Notes under the pieces: generated by a model
What the model saw: only the letters and a program-made list of their open reading frames with translations
Database searches by the model: none
Told to the model about the DNA's origin: nothing
DNA from: a bacterium
GTDB lineage: Bacteria; Electryoneota; Electryoneia; Electryoneales; Electryoneaceae
DNA: 64,000 nt
Assembly: GCA_963669175.1 (NCBI GenBank)
Contig: OY769902.1
Coordinates: 2,592,001 to 2,656,000 of the forward strand
Reading direction: 5' to 3'
Translations under genes and position numbers: made by a program
In this document: positions 19,533 to 29,348 of the stretch, piece by piece
How positions within the stretch are numbered: position 1 is the stretch's first letter
Layout of the letters: every line of letters starts with the position of its first letter

Positions 19533-19739
19533 GATCCAAGCTCCTCTTTACCAGATTGCCTCAAGGGGCAGGGGGTGAATGTGTTTTCGCGAAAAAGGAA
19601 AGAGCGAACGGAGTTCTCGATCGCTCTGCTTTCGCTCCCTGGCAGATGTGTATTGCCGGCAACTTGTCTCTATAAAGAAAGCTCGGAAATACCAAGCGGT
19701 TGCACTGAAGGAAACAGGGACAGTTCTACCAGTGCGCCC

Positions 19740-19768
19740 AATATAAAGGAAGGTGTCAAGGGAGTCAA
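19740..19768 (-). promoter_or_regulatory. Putative sigma70 promoter of the arcE-like/arcC operon
   Basis: Minus strand TTGACT-17 bp-TATATT, about 200 nt upstream of the ATG. Confidence 0.6.
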
Positions 19769-20013
19769 TGCTGGGGTAAGATAGAGGATTCCATGGGCTT
19801 CAAGCTTTTCGATCATCTTGAATCTCGAATTGTCGCATCAAATCTGAACTGCTATATTATTACAGAAGTCAGATTGGAAACTGCATTGACAATACTGACG
19901 GGCTCCTTTTGCCGTACTGACTCAGTGAAAATCCCGGAGTCTTGACAGAATGGCCTTTCCTGTTTTCTATCCTTGTCACTTGTGGGTTACCAGGAAAATG
20001 GAGGAGCGTATCG

Positions 20014-23000
20014 ATGGCCGATGATTTTGAATCGTCAGCAGATGATGGTAAAAGATATTTTGACACTGGTTCACACCTCGATCAACTCTCCGCAAAGAGC
20101 TTTATCGAAAACTCTCCTCTGGGTATACATCTGTACAAGCTGGAAGAAGATGACAGGCTTGTTTTCATCGGTGGTAACCCTGCTGCCGACAGAATACTGG
20201 GTATTGAAAACAGCCAGTTCATCGGGAAAACAATCGAAGAAGCTTTCCCGTTATTGATTGATACACCCATTCCCGACGAGTACAGACGTGTTGCTCAAAC
20301 GGGAAAACCTTTCACTAAAGAACAGGTTGATTATAAAGGCGAAAAGATTGTTGGAGCCTTTGAAGTACTTGCTTTCCAGGTAGCGCCCAATACAGTCGCT
20401 GCAACATTTCGTGATATTACCGAACAAAAGCAACTAGTCCAAGAAATAGATGATAAGCGCAGGGAGTGGGAATCATTTTTTAACATGATTGCTCACCCCA
20501 TTCTCATTCTTGATAAAGACCACAACATCCTTGACGCGAATAAACAGGTATGCAAACTGGCAAATGTCTCAAAGGAGCGGTTGCTCGGGAAAAAATGTTA
20601 TGAATGGTTGAAGAACTCGTCACAGGCGCAAGAAAACTGTCCATTACACAACTCTATACAGAACGGTTCCTATGCTACCTCTGAAATACAGATTGAAGCG
20701 TTTGATTCTTTCTTCACGGTAAGTTGCTCGCCAATATACAATTCTTCCGGTGAAATTGATAAAATTCTGCATATTGCGACTGATGTGACTGCCAGCAGAA
20801 AAGCGCTACAGGAGGTCGAGGACAGCAAGAAACATTACTACAATATTTTTGAAAGCGCTGAAGTTGGGATCATATACAGCAATCTGAAAGGTACTGTTCT
20901 CGATATGAATGAGAAAGTATCTGAAATTATTGGTATTCCAAGAGACGAAGTTGTTGGTAAAAATGCTGCGGAATTGGCTGTTAAGCTTGTAAAAGTAAAA
21001 GATTTGCCAATGTTGCTGAAGATTGTTAAAAATAACTTGTCCGGAAAGATAACAAGGAAATTTGATCTTCCCTATAATGATAAAATGCTTGAGATATCAG
21101 TTTCCTATAACAAGAAGAGAAAAAGAGTAACTGGATTGATCCGCGATATAACAGAACAGAGCACAATCATAGAAGCCCGAAAGAGGTCGGAAGAGAAGTA
21201 TCGAGCCCTGTTTACCAGTGCAAATGACTCCATTTTTATTACGAATATGAAGGGGCAAATTGTCGATGTAAACCCAGCAGCATGTCGTGAATACGGATAT
21301 TCCTGCGAAGAATTTCTGACGATGAGAGCGTCCGATATGCTTCATCAGGATCATGTCTCAATGCTGGAAGGATTCCAGAACGGTTTGAATGATTCCGGCT
21401 CCATCCGAGGTGAAACCGTTGACCTGAGAAAAGATGGTACTTCCATGAACGTGGAAGTAAGTGCAAACATATTCAAGTTCAATGATGAACCACATATCCT
21501 GGTATTCGTAAAGGATATCTCCGAACTAAGAAAAACGATGGTGGACCTGAACCGTGCCAAGCATGAACTCGAAACAGTGATTTCGAAAACGCCACTGGGA
21601 ATTGCAATTATCGAGCACGGAGCCAAAGTTCGTTATGTCAACCCAGTATTTGAAGAGATGTTTGGCTATAAGCTGAGTGAAGTGAGCACGTCTCAAATCT
21701 GGTTTGAAAAGCTTTATCCCGATTTAGACTATAGAAATAACGTGCAGAATCAGTGGGTGGATATTGTAAGCAAACCGGAAAATATCAGCGATGAATCGTA
21801 CGAATTTGAAATGACTACAAAGAAAGGTCAAAAAAAGCTGATTCGATTCAAACTTGCCCAGTTCGAACAAGCAACAGTTCTTCTGACAATGGAGGATATT
21901 ACTAAAGCCCGAAAAGCCGAGCTTGAGCTGCGGGAACGTGAAGCCATGCTGCGGACGATATTCCAGGCTGCTCCTATTGGGGTTGGAGAAGTAAAGAACA
22001 GGCTAATCGGGTGGACAAATGAATATCTGCAGAAACTGGTCGGATACTCTCATGATGAGTTGTTTGGAGAGGATGCCAGGGTGATATACGCCAGCGAGGA
22101 GGAGTATGCCAAGATTGGTGATGTGATGCCTTTGCTGAACACAATGGAAATGGGATCTCTCGAATCCAAGTTCAGACATAAAAACGGAAAAGTGGTAAGC
22201 GTGCTGGTAAGTGCAGCGCTCAAAGATCCTGCAAATCCTGCTGAAGGAATCATATTCACTGTACTGGACATGAGCGCGTTACGTCTGGCAGAAGAGGCAC
22301 GAACACGTATGTTCAACATGTCGATTGATATGATGTGTGTGGCTGGACTGGACGGGTACTTTAAAGAACTGAACCCTGCATGGGAACGGGTTCTAGGCTG
22401 GTCTAATGATGAGCTGATGGCGAAACCATGGATAGAATTTGTGCATCCGGATGACAGGGAAACCACAATCGATGCGGGGAAAAACCTCGGAGTAGGAATC
22501 CAGGAAATTAACTTCGAAAACCGCTATATCTGCAAGGATGGCTCTTTTAAATGGATTTCATGGAGTACCTTTCCTGTTGTTGAAGAAGGTATCGCATTTG
22601 CCATCGCCAGGGATATAACGGCGAAAAAGGAAATGCGACGCCTTGAAATCCTGCAGCGTGACCTGGCAATGAACCTGGGAAATGCAGATAACCTGATGGA
22701 AGCCTTTCAGGCCTGCGTTGAATTTGGCATTGTCGTATCCGATATGGATTCCGGAGCTGTTTACCTTTTGGATGAAGATGGAAACGCACGACTGGAATAC
22801 ACAAAAGGATTAAGCCAGGCGTTTGAACAGGCAGTCGCTTTCTATGCTGCAGATTCGATTAACGTACAAATGATCATGCAGGGGAAAGCAATGCACGCGA
22901 ACATTGTGGATTTCGGTGAAGCAGTTAAAGACCTGAGCGAATTTGAATCATTAAGAGCTGTATCCTTTGTCCCTGTTATTGACGAAAATGATATTATCGG

Positions 23001-24633
23001 TGTGATGAACTTTGCTTCTCATCATGTTGACTCTATCCCGGAATCACAGCAACAGGCGCTTGAGCTCCTGGGATCGCAGGTGGGCGGTGTACTCTCACGG
23101 TTGCGCGCAGAAGAAGCGCTTCGTGAAAGTGAAGAGAATTATCGCATGATTCTCGACAACTCACTCGAAGGAATTTTCCTGCTTCAAAACGATCACATTG
23201 TGTTCTGTAACCTCCAGTTTGCACTCATGTGGGGATATAGCGACGAAACTGCGATAACCGGAGTCCCATATAAGAGTCTTGTCGCAAGTGAAGATATACC
23301 ACTTGTTGAGAAGTCTGTGAAGCGACTTCTGGAAGGTGAGCTTCCAGTAACCCACGTCACATTCAATGCCGTTCGGGGCAATGGATCTGAGTTTGAAGTG
23401 GAAGCGCTTGCTTCCAGTGTCACATTCAAGGGGCTGCCAGCAGTTCAGGGCGCCATACGGGATGTTTCGGAACAACGCAAGCTGGAAGCGCAATTGACCC
23501 AGGCCCAGAAAATGGAATCAATCGGACGTCTTGCCGGGGGAGTGGCGCATGATTTCAACAACTTGCTGACCGCTATCTCCGGTACGGCGGAAATGATGCA
23601 ACTGGAAATGAGCGAGAACGATCCTTTCTTTGATGACACAGAACAAATCCTGAAAACTTCTGCACGTGCCGCAGAATTGACGCGTCAACTTCTCGCCTTC
23701 AGCCGTAAGCAAGTGATTAAACCACGTGTGCTTGATCTGAACCATTCCATTGAAGTGCTGGATCGTATGCTCAGACGTCTGATCGGTGAAGACATCCGCC
23801 TTGTACTGGATTTGCAGGAAGCGCTCTGGCCTATAAAGGCTGATCCCGTACAAATTGAGCAGATCCTGGTGAACCTTGCGGTGAATTCACGTGATGCCAT
23901 GCCCAAAGGAGGCTTGCTGTCGATCAAGACGGAAAACAGGATTGTGGATGATGATCAGGCAAGAACCATTTTCGAAGGTGAGCCCGGTCATTACATCTGC
24001 CTCGCCGTTTCCGATACCGGGGAAGGCATTGCACCGGAGGTTCTGGAACATATCTTCGAACCGTTTTTTACAACGAAACCCAAGGAGCACGGTACCGGAC
24101 TTGGGCTGTCAACGGTTTATGGTGTGGTCAAGCAAAACAAGGGAATGATCACCTGTTACAGCGAAATCGGCAACGGCACTACGTTCCGGGTATACCTGCC
24201 TCGAGAAGCATCTGAAGAAGTTGAAGATATCGAAGAAGAATCCATTACCGCCAAGCTGGAAGGAAACGAAAATATACTTGTAGTGGAAGATGAAGACGTG
24301 GTTCGTGATCTTGCAGAACGTACTCTTCGCCAATATGGTTACCAGGTGCTCACCGCTGCGACCGGGGGAGATGCACTGCTGCTGGTACAACGGTTTGAAT
24401 CTCCGGTGGATCTTGTGCTGACCGATGTGATCATGCCTAACCTGAGCGGGCCTGAGCTGATCGATATTATCCGTGAACACCGCCCTGATATGAAAGTGCT
24501 GTTCATGTCCGGGTATACCGAAGATGTACTGGCGCACCGAGGTATACTGGATGAACAGGTGGACTACATCAGCAAACCTTTCCGTCCCAAGGCACTGCTT
24601 GAAAGAATACGCACGATCCTTGACCGGGAGTAA
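20014..24633 (+). CDS. Cytoplasmic hybrid sensor histidine kinase (8 PAS, GAF, HisKA, HATPase, REC)
   Basis: Repeated PAS/PAC ends (DIT/DIS), H-box AHDFNNLL, N.RDAM, D.G.G, FEPFFTTK, GTGLGL and receiver VEDE...TDVIMP...KPF. GGAGG precedes ATG 20014. Confidence 0.93.
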   Translation: MADDFESSADDGKRYFDTGSHLDQLSAKSFIENSPLGIHLYKLEEDDRLVFIGGNPAADRILGIENSQFIGKTIEEAFPLLIDTPIPDEYRRVAQTGKPFTKEQVDYKGEKIVGAFEVLAFQVAPNTVAATFRDITEQKQLVQEIDDKRREWESFFNMIAHPILILDKDHNILDANKQVCKLANVSKERLLGKKCYEWLKNSSQAQENCPLHNSIQNGSYATSEIQIEAFDSFFTVSCSPIYNSSGEIDKILHIATDVTASRKALQEVEDSKKHYYNIFESAEVGIIYSNLKGTVLDMNEKVSEIIGIPRDEVVGKNAAELAVKLVKVKDLPMLLKIVKNNLSGKITRKFDLPYNDKMLEISVSYNKKRKRVTGLIRDITEQSTIIEARKRSEEKYRALFTSANDSIFITNMKGQIVDVNPAACREYGYSCEEFLTMRASDMLHQDHVSMLEGFQNGLNDSGSIRGETVDLRKDGTSMNVEVSANIFKFNDEPHILVFVKDISELRKTMVDLNRAKHELETVISKTPLGIAIIEHGAKVRYVNPVFEEMFGYKLSEVSTSQIWFEKLYPDLDYRNNVQNQWVDIVSKPENISDESYEFEMTTKKGQKKLIRFKLAQFEQATVLLTMEDITKARKAELELREREAMLRTIFQAAPIGVGEVKNRLIGWTNEYLQKLVGYSHDELFGEDARVIYASEEEYAKIGDVMPLLNTMEMGSLESKFRHKNGKVVSVLVSAALKDPANPAEGIIFTVLDMSALRLAEEARTRMFNMSIDMMCVAGLDGYFKELNPAWERVLGWSNDELMAKPWIEFVHPDDRETTIDAGKNLGVGIQEINFENRYICKDGSFKWISWSTFPVVEEGIAFAIARDITAKKEMRRLEILQRDLAMNLGNADNLMEAFQACVEFGIVVSDMDSGAVYLLDEDGNARLEYTKGLSQAFEQAVAFYAADSINVQMIMQGKAMHANIVDFGEAVKDLSEFESLRAVSFVPVIDENDIIGVMNFASHHVDSIPESQQQALELLGSQVGGVLSRLRAEEALRESEENYRMILDNSLEGIFLLQNDHIVFCNLQFALMWGYSDETAITGVPYKSLVASEDIPLVEKSVKRLLEGELPVTHVTFNAVRGNGSEFEVEALASSVTFKGLPAVQGAIRDVSEQRKLEAQLTQAQKMESIGRLAGGVAHDFNNLLTAISGTAEMMQLEMSENDPFFDDTEQILKTSARAAELTRQLLAFSRKQVIKPRVLDLNHSIEVLDRMLRRLIGEDIRLVLDLQEALWPIKADPVQIEQILVNLAVNSRDAMPKGGLLSIKTENRIVDDDQARTIFEGEPGHYICLAVSDTGEGIAPEVLEHIFEPFFTTKPKEHGTGLGLSTVYGVVKQNKGMITCYSEIGNGTTFRVYLPREASEEVEDIEEESITAKLEGNENILVVEDEDVVRDLAERTLRQYGYQVLTAATGGDALLLVQRFESPVDLVLTDVIMPNLSGPELIDIIREHRPDMKVLFMSGYTEDVLAHRGILDEQVDYISKPFRPKALLERIRTILDRE

Positions 24634-24705
24634 TTCTGACGCAGTATTGATACACTCCGATTATATGGATATCTCGAATACTATGGCAGATTATAGTGGG
24701 GCAGG

Positions 24706-25224
24706 CTAAAACCGGACCCGTTTCCTGTACGCCAGGTATTGCTCTCCATAGTGGTCCACGAGTTTCTTTTCCTCCATCACCTGCCAGTAGAACACATGGA
24801 CTATGCCGAATAAACCCAGGGCAAGACTGGCGAAGGAACCACGATACAGCGGGAAACCAACCAGCCAGAGGATAAATCCAACGTACATCGGATGCCGGAA
24901 CAGGCGGAAAAGTCCACGCTCGATCAGTGCATCGGTCTTCTCCATGCCGCGCAGTTGAATTGTGGTTCCAACGAACAATAGCACGCCAAGCAGGGAAAGC
25001 GCCAATCCCAGGATATGGATGAAAGCGGGAAGCTCGAAAAGGTGGGGGTCGTAATCGGGCAGCGTGAACCAGCTCATCCATATCGCCGTCATATTCAGGA
25101 ACACCAGAGAAAAGACGAACCATCCGATACGACGCAGGGGGTGATGTCTGATCACAAATTCGTAAAGACTACGCGCGAACAGGGTTGCGTTGAATATGCC
25201 TGCCACGAGTATAAAGGTAGCCAT
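24706..25224 (-). CDS. Isoprenylcysteine carboxyl methyltransferase / PEMT-family membrane protein
   Basis: G.FR..RHPMY.G and EE..L...YGE.Y..Y.K.V motifs; GGAGG before ATG 25224. Confidence 0.8.
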   Translation of the reverse strand: MATFILVAGIFNATLFARSLYEFVIRHHPLRRIGWFVFSLVFLNMTAIWMSWFTLPDYDPHLFELPAFIHILGLALSLLGVLLFVGTTIQLRGMEKTDALIERGLFRLFRHPMYVGFILWLVGFPLYRGSFASLALGLFGIVHVFYWQVMEEKKLVDHYGEQYLAYRKRVRF

Positions 25225-25600
25225 GACTGTCCTCCTTTGTGTACAGGAGAAAGTAAACAACTGATTACAGGATTAAATGAGCATTATTGCCTGTCATCCC
25301 CTCCTCTCGAAGGTGGAGATCAAACGGGGTTATGGAGCTACGAACTACCTCTCATCCCTGTCTTAAACGGGGATCTCGAGCGATGCAATGAGTGCCAGTT
25401 CATCCTTCATTCACGCTTGAGCATCTGAAATATCAATGCGTGAAACAGCGTAAGTCAACAAAATATCTGACTTTTTGCAACTGATTTTCGTGAACGGGAT
25501 ACCCGTTGCAGGTACTCTGACATTATTCCGGTATCCAGTGCGGCGCAGGACCATTTGAATGGGTATATTGCATCCGAATTGATCTCACGGGAGCCCGAAC

Positions 25601-26167
25601 ATGCGTAACCTGACTGTAGTTGTTTTGTTCTTCGGATTGATCATTGCCGGATGCCAGACGATCTCACCGCCGGAAGCCGTACATCCTTCCGCCAACAGCG
25701 ATCCGGTCACCATTTCCGGGCACAAGTATTTCCAGGACGCGTATGTGGACAGCGCCGTCTGCGCAGAGCTACTCTATGTCCCCATTTACAGCGATGTGTT
25801 CTACCTGGATGAGAAGCGAACCCTGTTACTGGCCGCGACACTCTCGATTCATAACGTGGATCTCGATCATCCCATCACTCTGACCGCTGTGGATTATTAC
25901 GATCACAAGGGACGTTTTCTGCGAACCTTCCTGGAGAAACCGCGGACGATCCAGCCTTTGGAGACGGTCAATTTTGTGGTGGAAGAGCAGGACCGCAGCG
26001 GTGGCCCCGGAGCGAATTTCCTGGTGGAGTGGGTGTCGGACAATACCGTCCAGAGCCCGATCGTGGAAGCGCTGATGATCACCGGACGCAGTAATTACGG
26101 TATATCCTTCATGACCTCCGGAAAGGTGTTGAAATCACACGGCTGCATGACGACAACAGCACCATAA
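25601..26167 (+). CDS. DUF3124-family lipoprotein
   Basis: Lipobox IAGC; YVPIYS, TLSIHN.D, DYYD..G, G.GANF.VEW, P.VEALM. Confidence 0.75.
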   Translation: MRNLTVVVLFFGLIIAGCQTISPPEAVHPSANSDPVTISGHKYFQDAYVDSAVCAELLYVPIYSDVFYLDEKRTLLLAATLSIHNVDLDHPITLTAVDYYDHKGRFLRTFLEKPRTIQPLETVNFVVEEQDRSGGPGANFLVEWVSDNTVQSPIVEALMITGRSNYGISFMTSGKVLKSHGCMTTTAP

Positions 26168-26444
26168 AAGCAGGACAGTATCAGAAGTTATCTGTAGGAA
26201 ACTGACGTTGCAGGCCATACAAATTATAGTCAACAGTTGTTTCATGTCTTATCAATACTGTCTTGAACAAGCGGGCTGAAAGTGAGCATGTTCCTGAATA
26301 TGGGGATACAGGTTTGATCTGTGCACCCGGAGCCTCTCCCGGGGTTCTTGCGTCATGGAGGGGAGCGTTGTATCTTTGCGCTTCGTTACGGGCAATCACA
26401 CAGGACTTGCATTTCCTGTCAATTCCGTACTACTTTTTCAGAAC

Positions 26445-26517
<73 letters not shown>

Positions 26518-26522
26518 CCTTT

Positions 26523-26548
26523 AAGGCCGGGCATTTGCCCGGCTTTTT
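26523..26548 (+). terminator. Intrinsic terminator after tRNA-Phe
   Basis: GCCGGGCA-TT-TGCCCGGC followed by TTTTT. Confidence 0.8.
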
Positions 26549-26915
26549 GCGTTTTGGTTTCGGCAGGTGCTTCTATATATGGCGACCAATAAGAGGGTGG
26601 ATCTGTCATAAAGATCTTGTGGTTTCGAGTTAAGGAGCGATCGCAGCCAGAAGCTCGATGGACACCTGCATAAATAGAACGTGACAGTAAAAATTATCCA
26701 CAAGGACTCCAGGAAAATGACTCTCCCAATCCACGTATCAAAATAAATTGCAACACTGCAAAATCTCCGATTCTTCGATGATGACAGGAAATACTGTGTA
26801 GACAAACTCAAAAATTACTACCCCTTGGAGCGCAAAGAATGAGTCAAATCTAATTGAGAATGTCGTATATTTAACCCTACCTTGATACGGTTTTACATGA
26901 TAGCGAATCGGTTCG

Positions 26916-27734
26916 ATGACCCTAAAAGATCCCCCACCCATTGGCGCATACACCTCGGAAAGTGTGAATGCCGAAGATGAAATGAGGAAGCGACGTATTC
27001 TGCTTATGTCGTTATATATCCTCGTGCCCGCTATTTTCGCCTTCATGGTCTGGGAGTACTTTTTCAAGGACAGTTATGAGTGGCTGATAGACCTTGCCCT
27101 GGTTATTCTCCTGACGATTAACCTGGTTGCAATCAAAATGGACAAGAGTTTTATCCCCTTCCTACGTGCTACTCTTGGCTTTATTCTCGTGATTTTTGCG
27201 ATTGGACTGGTAACCGGGGCGGGGGATGGCATGTCCTTTGTCTGGTACTATGTCATGCCGATCGGGTTGTTTTTCATGTTCGGCCACCGTGAAGGATTGC
27301 TGTGGGTGGCTGCCACGGGTATCGTAGGCGCGGTCTGCCTGTTCCTGCCGTTCGGGTACGAGTACAACAATGCGATTTCCGCCCGTTTCCTGGTAAACTA
27401 TACGGTTATTGCCGGGGTTGCCTACGGACTGGAAGAAGCGCGGTATTATTTCGCCAAGCGTCTGTTCGAGGAAAAAAAGGAACTGGAAGACCGGCTCAAC
27501 CAGATACGCACCCTGCATGGCCTGCTGCCTATCTGTGCACACTGCAAGAAAATTCGTGATGATTCGGGGTACTGGAACCAGTTGGAGACCTATATCAGCG
27601 ATCACTCCGACGCTGTATTTTCACATGGTTTGTGTCCGACCTGCATGGAAAAACTGTATCCTGAATACAGCGGACGTTTGGAAGACATTGACATTATCCA
27701 TGCACATCAGGATAGCGAAGACCGCTCCATCTGA
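26916..27734 (+). CDS. Multi-pass membrane sensor-like protein with coiled coil and C-terminal Cys/His (zinc-ribbon-like) domain
   Basis: About 6 TM helices followed by LPICAHCKKIRDD.GYW..LE.YI..HS...FSHGLCP.C. Confidence 0.75.
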   Translation: MTLKDPPPIGAYTSESVNAEDEMRKRRILLMSLYILVPAIFAFMVWEYFFKDSYEWLIDLALVILLTINLVAIKMDKSFIPFLRATLGFILVIFAIGLVTGAGDGMSFVWYYVMPIGLFFMFGHREGLLWVAATGIVGAVCLFLPFGYEYNNAISARFLVNYTVIAGVAYGLEEARYYFAKRLFEEKKELEDRLNQIRTLHGLLPICAHCKKIRDDSGYWNQLETYISDHSDAVFSHGLCPTCMEKLYPEYSGRLEDIDIIHAHQDSEDRSI

Positions 27735-27799
27735 CAGGTATCTTTCAGCTCAATCCATTACATTACTTTTCCCGACACGTAAACATTGTGGAGACACAA

Positions 27800-28432
27800 A
27801 TGGATAGCATTTCTGTGCATGATGATTATGCTTCCACCTACGAAGCAGAAGCGGACAAGCTAAACTATACCGGGCCGGAGCTGCTTTTTGGCCTGTGTCA
27901 TAGCTATCTGAAGCCCGGGCAGAACATGCTTGACCTGGGAATCGGGACCGGATTGTGCGCGGAGCCTTTCACACGTTTCGGCTTGACGGTTCACGGTATG
28001 GACGGTGCGCCAGCCATGATGGAGATCTGCAAGCAGAAAAACCGTGCCAGTGAGTTCACCCAGTGGAACCTGGCCGAGTTTCCGTATCCCATGGAAGATG
28101 AACAGTTTGACCATGTAATGTGCTGCGGTGTGCTGCATTTCTTCGAGGATATTTCCGGGATTATTACAGAGTGTGCGCGACTGGTCAAACCGGGGGGAAG
28201 TGTAAGCCTGATGGTTCTGAGAGGGCATCGTGACCACGGCGAACCGGATGAAAACGTCGTCCTGCATTCAACCACGCCAATTTCGTTCTGGCAACACCGG
28301 TTGGAACATGTCAGCGCCTTGGGCAGGGACAAAGGACTCGCCCTGAGGAAGAGTGCTTATTATTTGATGGAGGATGGCGGGGAACCGTCCGAAGAGCTGG
28401 TCTTTACCCTGGCGGTGCTGCAGAAAGTGTGA
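27800..28432 (+). CDS. Class I SAM-dependent methyltransferase
   Basis: LDLGIGTG motif I, G.D, FD.V and LVKPGG; GGAG before ATG 27800. Confidence 0.85.
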   Translation: MDSISVHDDYASTYEAEADKLNYTGPELLFGLCHSYLKPGQNMLDLGIGTGLCAEPFTRFGLTVHGMDGAPAMMEICKQKNRASEFTQWNLAEFPYPMEDEQFDHVMCCGVLHFFEDISGIITECARLVKPGGSVSLMVLRGHRDHGEPDENVVLHSTTPISFWQHRLEHVSALGRDKGLALRKSAYYLMEDGGEPSEELVFTLAVLQKV

Positions 28433-28440
28433 AAAAGATC

Positions 28441-28469
28441 CAGGGACAGTATGAGAAAAACTGTCCCTG
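28441..28469. terminator. Hairpin after the methyltransferase gene
   Basis: CAGGGACAGT...ACTGTCCCTG perfect 10-bp stem with no clear T tract. Confidence 0.4.
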
Positions 28470-28549
28470 GATTAGAAGGTTCGTTCTCGATATCCCCGTT
28501 CAACAAGCTGTATCAGAATCAGCTACACTTTTATCCCTACCTTCCAGAC

Positions 28550-28843
28550 AGTCTCAGAATCACTGATGTTTTCATTCCAGCGAAGCAGACTGTATCAGAA
28601 TGTCCGATAGTCTCATTCCTTCGAAGGAAGGAACCGAAGCTTGCGGTGTCCCGTCTGTTTGGGACAGCCGTAAATCCAGTCATATTGCGATATTACAGAG
28701 GTTAAGTATTCTCATGAAGCGCGGTACATTGCTAGCCGTTTATATGTGCAACTTGTTGTATTGTCGATGCTTGCCTGGATCCCCATCTTCATGGGGATGA
28801 AAGTGTAGCCTATTCTTATACAGTCTGCTTCGCTGGGATGAAT
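28550..28843. repeat. Degenerate REP-doublet (REPIN-like) element, family A, copy 1
   Basis: Core 28675-28800 aligns by eye with the reverse complement of 34451-34604; flanked by inverted CCAGCGAAGCAGACTGT motifs. Confidence 0.75.
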
Positions 28844-29015
28844 GGCTAGCCCGAATATTTCATGAACGAAACAAGGATTATGATTGTAACACAGTCCATA
28901 TCGGCACAATGCAACTGAATCATACAGCATTTTTCAGGGTTCAGTTTGCTCCGGTATCCCTTAACGTGTGTATTCCCTGTTTCTCTGGCAAACTGAGGCT
29001 GAGTTTCGGAAACCG

Positions 29016-29258
29016 CCCCGGCAGGGGCAACCTGTATTAGCCCCGGGCAGCCGCCGTCAGTTTGGCGGCTACCCGGGGAGATAATGCGCACAATATATTT
29101 ACTCCGGAAGGAGTAACCTGATAATTATCAAAAGTATACAGTGGTGATATTTAGGTAACCCGCTGCCGGGGTTGGCAAGTAGCGTACATCCTATTCCCAC
29201 CGTGAGCGCCAAACAGACGGCGCTGGACGGTGGGCTAATACAGAGAACCACTGCCGTG
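29016..29258. repeat. Multi-hairpin palindromic element with terminal inverted repeats, family C
   Basis: Ends read CC.CGGCAG.GG-N4-CTGTATTAGCCC in inverted orientation; several internal GC hairpins. Confidence 0.6.
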
Positions 29259-29348
29259 GTTCTAGTACTGGCCGTTCCATCAAGTATCACATTGAAATTG
29301 CCATTGGTGAGATATTCGGGCTAATCACAACACCAATCAGCGATGCGT

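Noticed and set aside
18027-19784. 585-aa plus-strand ORF
   Set aside because: Antisense shadow of the arcE-like gene; no motifs and no RBS.
28451-29290. Short ORFs over the REP elements (also 34387-34607, 38002-38457, 63451-63645)
   Set aside because: Their mutual similarity (IPAKAGIQ, LACFSRLLLAPGFSR) comes from the underlying DNA palindromes, not from protein conservation.
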